A program made the translations under genes and the position numbers. Positions 61,501 through 64,000 of a DNA stretch of 64,000 nt are shown in pieces; positions within the stretch are counted from its first letter, which is position 1, and each line of letters starts with the position of its first letter. A model generated the notes under the pieces. It saw only the letters and a program-made list of their open reading frames with translations. It was not told where the DNA came from and did not search any database. Origin of the DNA: Chiloscyllium plagiosum (Eukaryota). The DNA is taken from positions 71,400,511 through 71,464,510 of the forward strand of contig NC_057711.1 of the NCBI RefSeq assembly GCF_004010195.1, read 5' to 3'.

Positions 61501-64000
61501 AAAATCCTGACATACAGGCTCTTCTTATGCCACTTGTTGTTTCTTTGGTCAATCCTGTGACCATCTGTGCTGATGGCTGAGTATCAACTTTTGTTTTGTA
61601 GCGTTCCTCTAAAGCACTGTGGGATGTATCATAATGCTATTATATATGTCAAATCAAACACAAGTTGTTAGTTCCACCGGCCTCCACAGAACCCTATGAG
61701 AATATGGCTTTCCACACCTATGCTGAGATATAGGAATCGGTCAGCTTGTAGTATGTCATTTGCTTTCCTCCAGACAATGTAATTTCTGGAAGTGATCTTT
61801 CCCATTCCAGTTTGGGCCTAAACAGCTGAATCTGCTTCAAATATTCAGGTAGTAGACATAACATATGATTACAAATTCATGTTTCGTCGTGTACTGCATT
61901 ATGGTTTTGAAATAACTTTATCAGAACTGCATTTGGTAATTGTGTTTCCATCATTGCAGCTCCTGTCAGTCTTTTTATAATTAAAATATTAAAAAGCAAT
62001 TCCAGAGCAATATGTCAAACAGTAAAGTGTCTCTGGATTAGTTGAATTTTCTTTTATGATCTAGGTATGTCTTTTGTGACACACCTTTTCCTCGTGAGCC
62101 TATGCTGTTGACTATCTGCTGAGTTATTAACATATTATTGTTCAAATCAAAAGCAGACATATGTTCTGTGTTGTGGACCACAGCTATTGTTTGGATTAGA
62201 ATACTGCTTCAAATCCACCTTTTTAAAGTTTTTAAAAATAAATAAACTGTTATGGTTTAGGCAGCCCCTATTGGCGCACTGCAACAGTGTTAACAGAACA
62301 TTAAAGGAAACATCCAAAGGTAACTTATCAAAGTTAAACTAAAACATTACATTTTCTGAGTTGGTGATGTATACCAGCCCCTGCAGAGACCATGGGTCAT
62401 AAAGGCCTGTACAGTGCTAGTGTTCCCCTCCATAGAAGCCCAAGCACAAACATTAAGTGATAGTCAGGTGTGACTGTGATCTTTCTCCATCCTGAAAATA
62501 TACCCAGACCAGCAAAGTCACTTGAAGTGTTAACATATATGAGAGCTTTGCCACTGAGAGACATGTCATCCTCATGATTTTACTCTTCCATGAGATGCTC
62601 AGAATATGTTGTAAACAGCGAAGGTGACAGTTGTTGATCTTCTTTTCTTTTTAGTTATCACCAATGTCTCAGTCATAACACGGACTGCGTAAACCAGCAT
62701 CTTGGTCTTAAGCCATCCTGACGTTATTCCAAACATGTTTTCTGAGATGTCAAGTGTTGATCATAAATCCAAGGTCCAAATTTACATGTTTGCTCAGTCA
62801 TGCCAAAGAAAAGGAGTTATTGAATGCTGGCTTTGAAATGTTGATATATGCTTTTATTACCAAGTTTTCTTTGGCTGCATTACTGGGTTATAATTGAAAA
62901 CTGAAGGTAATTAAAACTATAACACATCATTTAGTTGTTAATTATTATATTATCCTATGAAGATTCAGCAGGTGACGTAACATTATAGATATTTAATGTT
63001 ATTTGCAATTTTGCATGTAATATTGATTACATACTTATTGCCCAATCTCCAGCTTCCTGAGATTTTTGTTGCCAATAATTATTAATGCCCATCTACTTTG
63101 TGAGGTCAAATACAAAAGAGTCAACTTCATTAATGAATCAATTTATTTGAGTAATGTTGCTACACTTGCATTGATACTTAGGGGACTTGTCAGTTTTACT
63201 GGTTAGTCACCTATCTTTTTAAATTAATTTTCTTAATTGATCCCAGTGTCTTTGTTTTGGCTGTAAATTAAGAAGTTTGCACTATCATTACCATGTATGT
63301 TTTCAAATATTAGCCCAGTGATGAAATACGATACTATAGTGAAGAATTGGATATAGCTGCACCCATTCGCCACAATGAGCGCCCTTAGAACTCCAAGATG
63401 GTGACTAGGACCCACATGTTCAGATTTTACGTATGCCAGCTACCATCCTGATATAGGTATCTAGTGTCTGCGCAATGAAAGTCTGCTTTAAAATAAGTTA
63501 GACCAGGTCAATCTGATGTTACTGATCTCATGCCAGCGCTGTTGTTTAGAAGCTCATCAGAGAAGCAAAAATCACATTCTCAAGTTCCTACATCTGATCC
63601 ATATGCTAATCAACAGGAAGGACACCACCAGAGGCCCCTCCCCCATACACATGACCCAAATGCTTTCCACCACAAGTATTATGAAAAAGGAGCTTTGGTT
63701 ACTGACAGTCTTCAGGGAGTGTTATGATAATGTCTCAATAGATTTTCCTGACTTAAAGAATTCTACACAAATCTCTTACTCCCTGATACAGATGCACTCA
63801 TAGGCCTTGGCATTGAAATAGACCAAGGATAAAGACAATAAGCAAAAGGCATGCAGGGAAGGCCATGTTTGTCAGGTAAAGCCTCTGAAAGAATTAAAGT
63901 TGATATTGCGTTAAGTTCCATGCAAATTGATGCTGTCACACAATCATTGGTATGATGTAGTTGAGATCGGTTTGAGTTCCTAACTGAAGCAGATATGTTC

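Noticed and set aside
63690..63900. Faint Harbinger transposase N-terminal similarity (VFRE...)
   Set aside because: Too few matching residues to support a call.

Overview
Repeat-dense, apparently non-genic (intronic or intergenic) vertebrate DNA. The repeat complement (HE1-type tRNA/V-domain SINEs with their CR1/HER1-type partner LINEs) points to an elasmobranch, probably a shark; this is an inference. No intact host protein-coding gene could be supported, and the long ORFs in the track are retroelement remnants or run through an N gap (16205-16792). Contents: many CR1-type LINE pieces, nine HE1-type SINEs, a second LINE family with a matching SINE, decayed PIF/Harbinger transposase and Myb/SANT-like genes, a solo LTR, and many Penelope-like element (PLE) derivatives. 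The most notable signal is a set of more than a dozen minimal hammerhead-ribozyme motifs from about five sequence families, with covarying stems. They sit in short (80-220 bp) or fold-back insertions, many with their own target-site duplications (TSDs). The 5' ends and some inversion points fall at the ribozyme, and all five fold-backs share a 32-40 bp unpaired tail. All calls were made by eye, and the boundaries of decayed elements are approximate.
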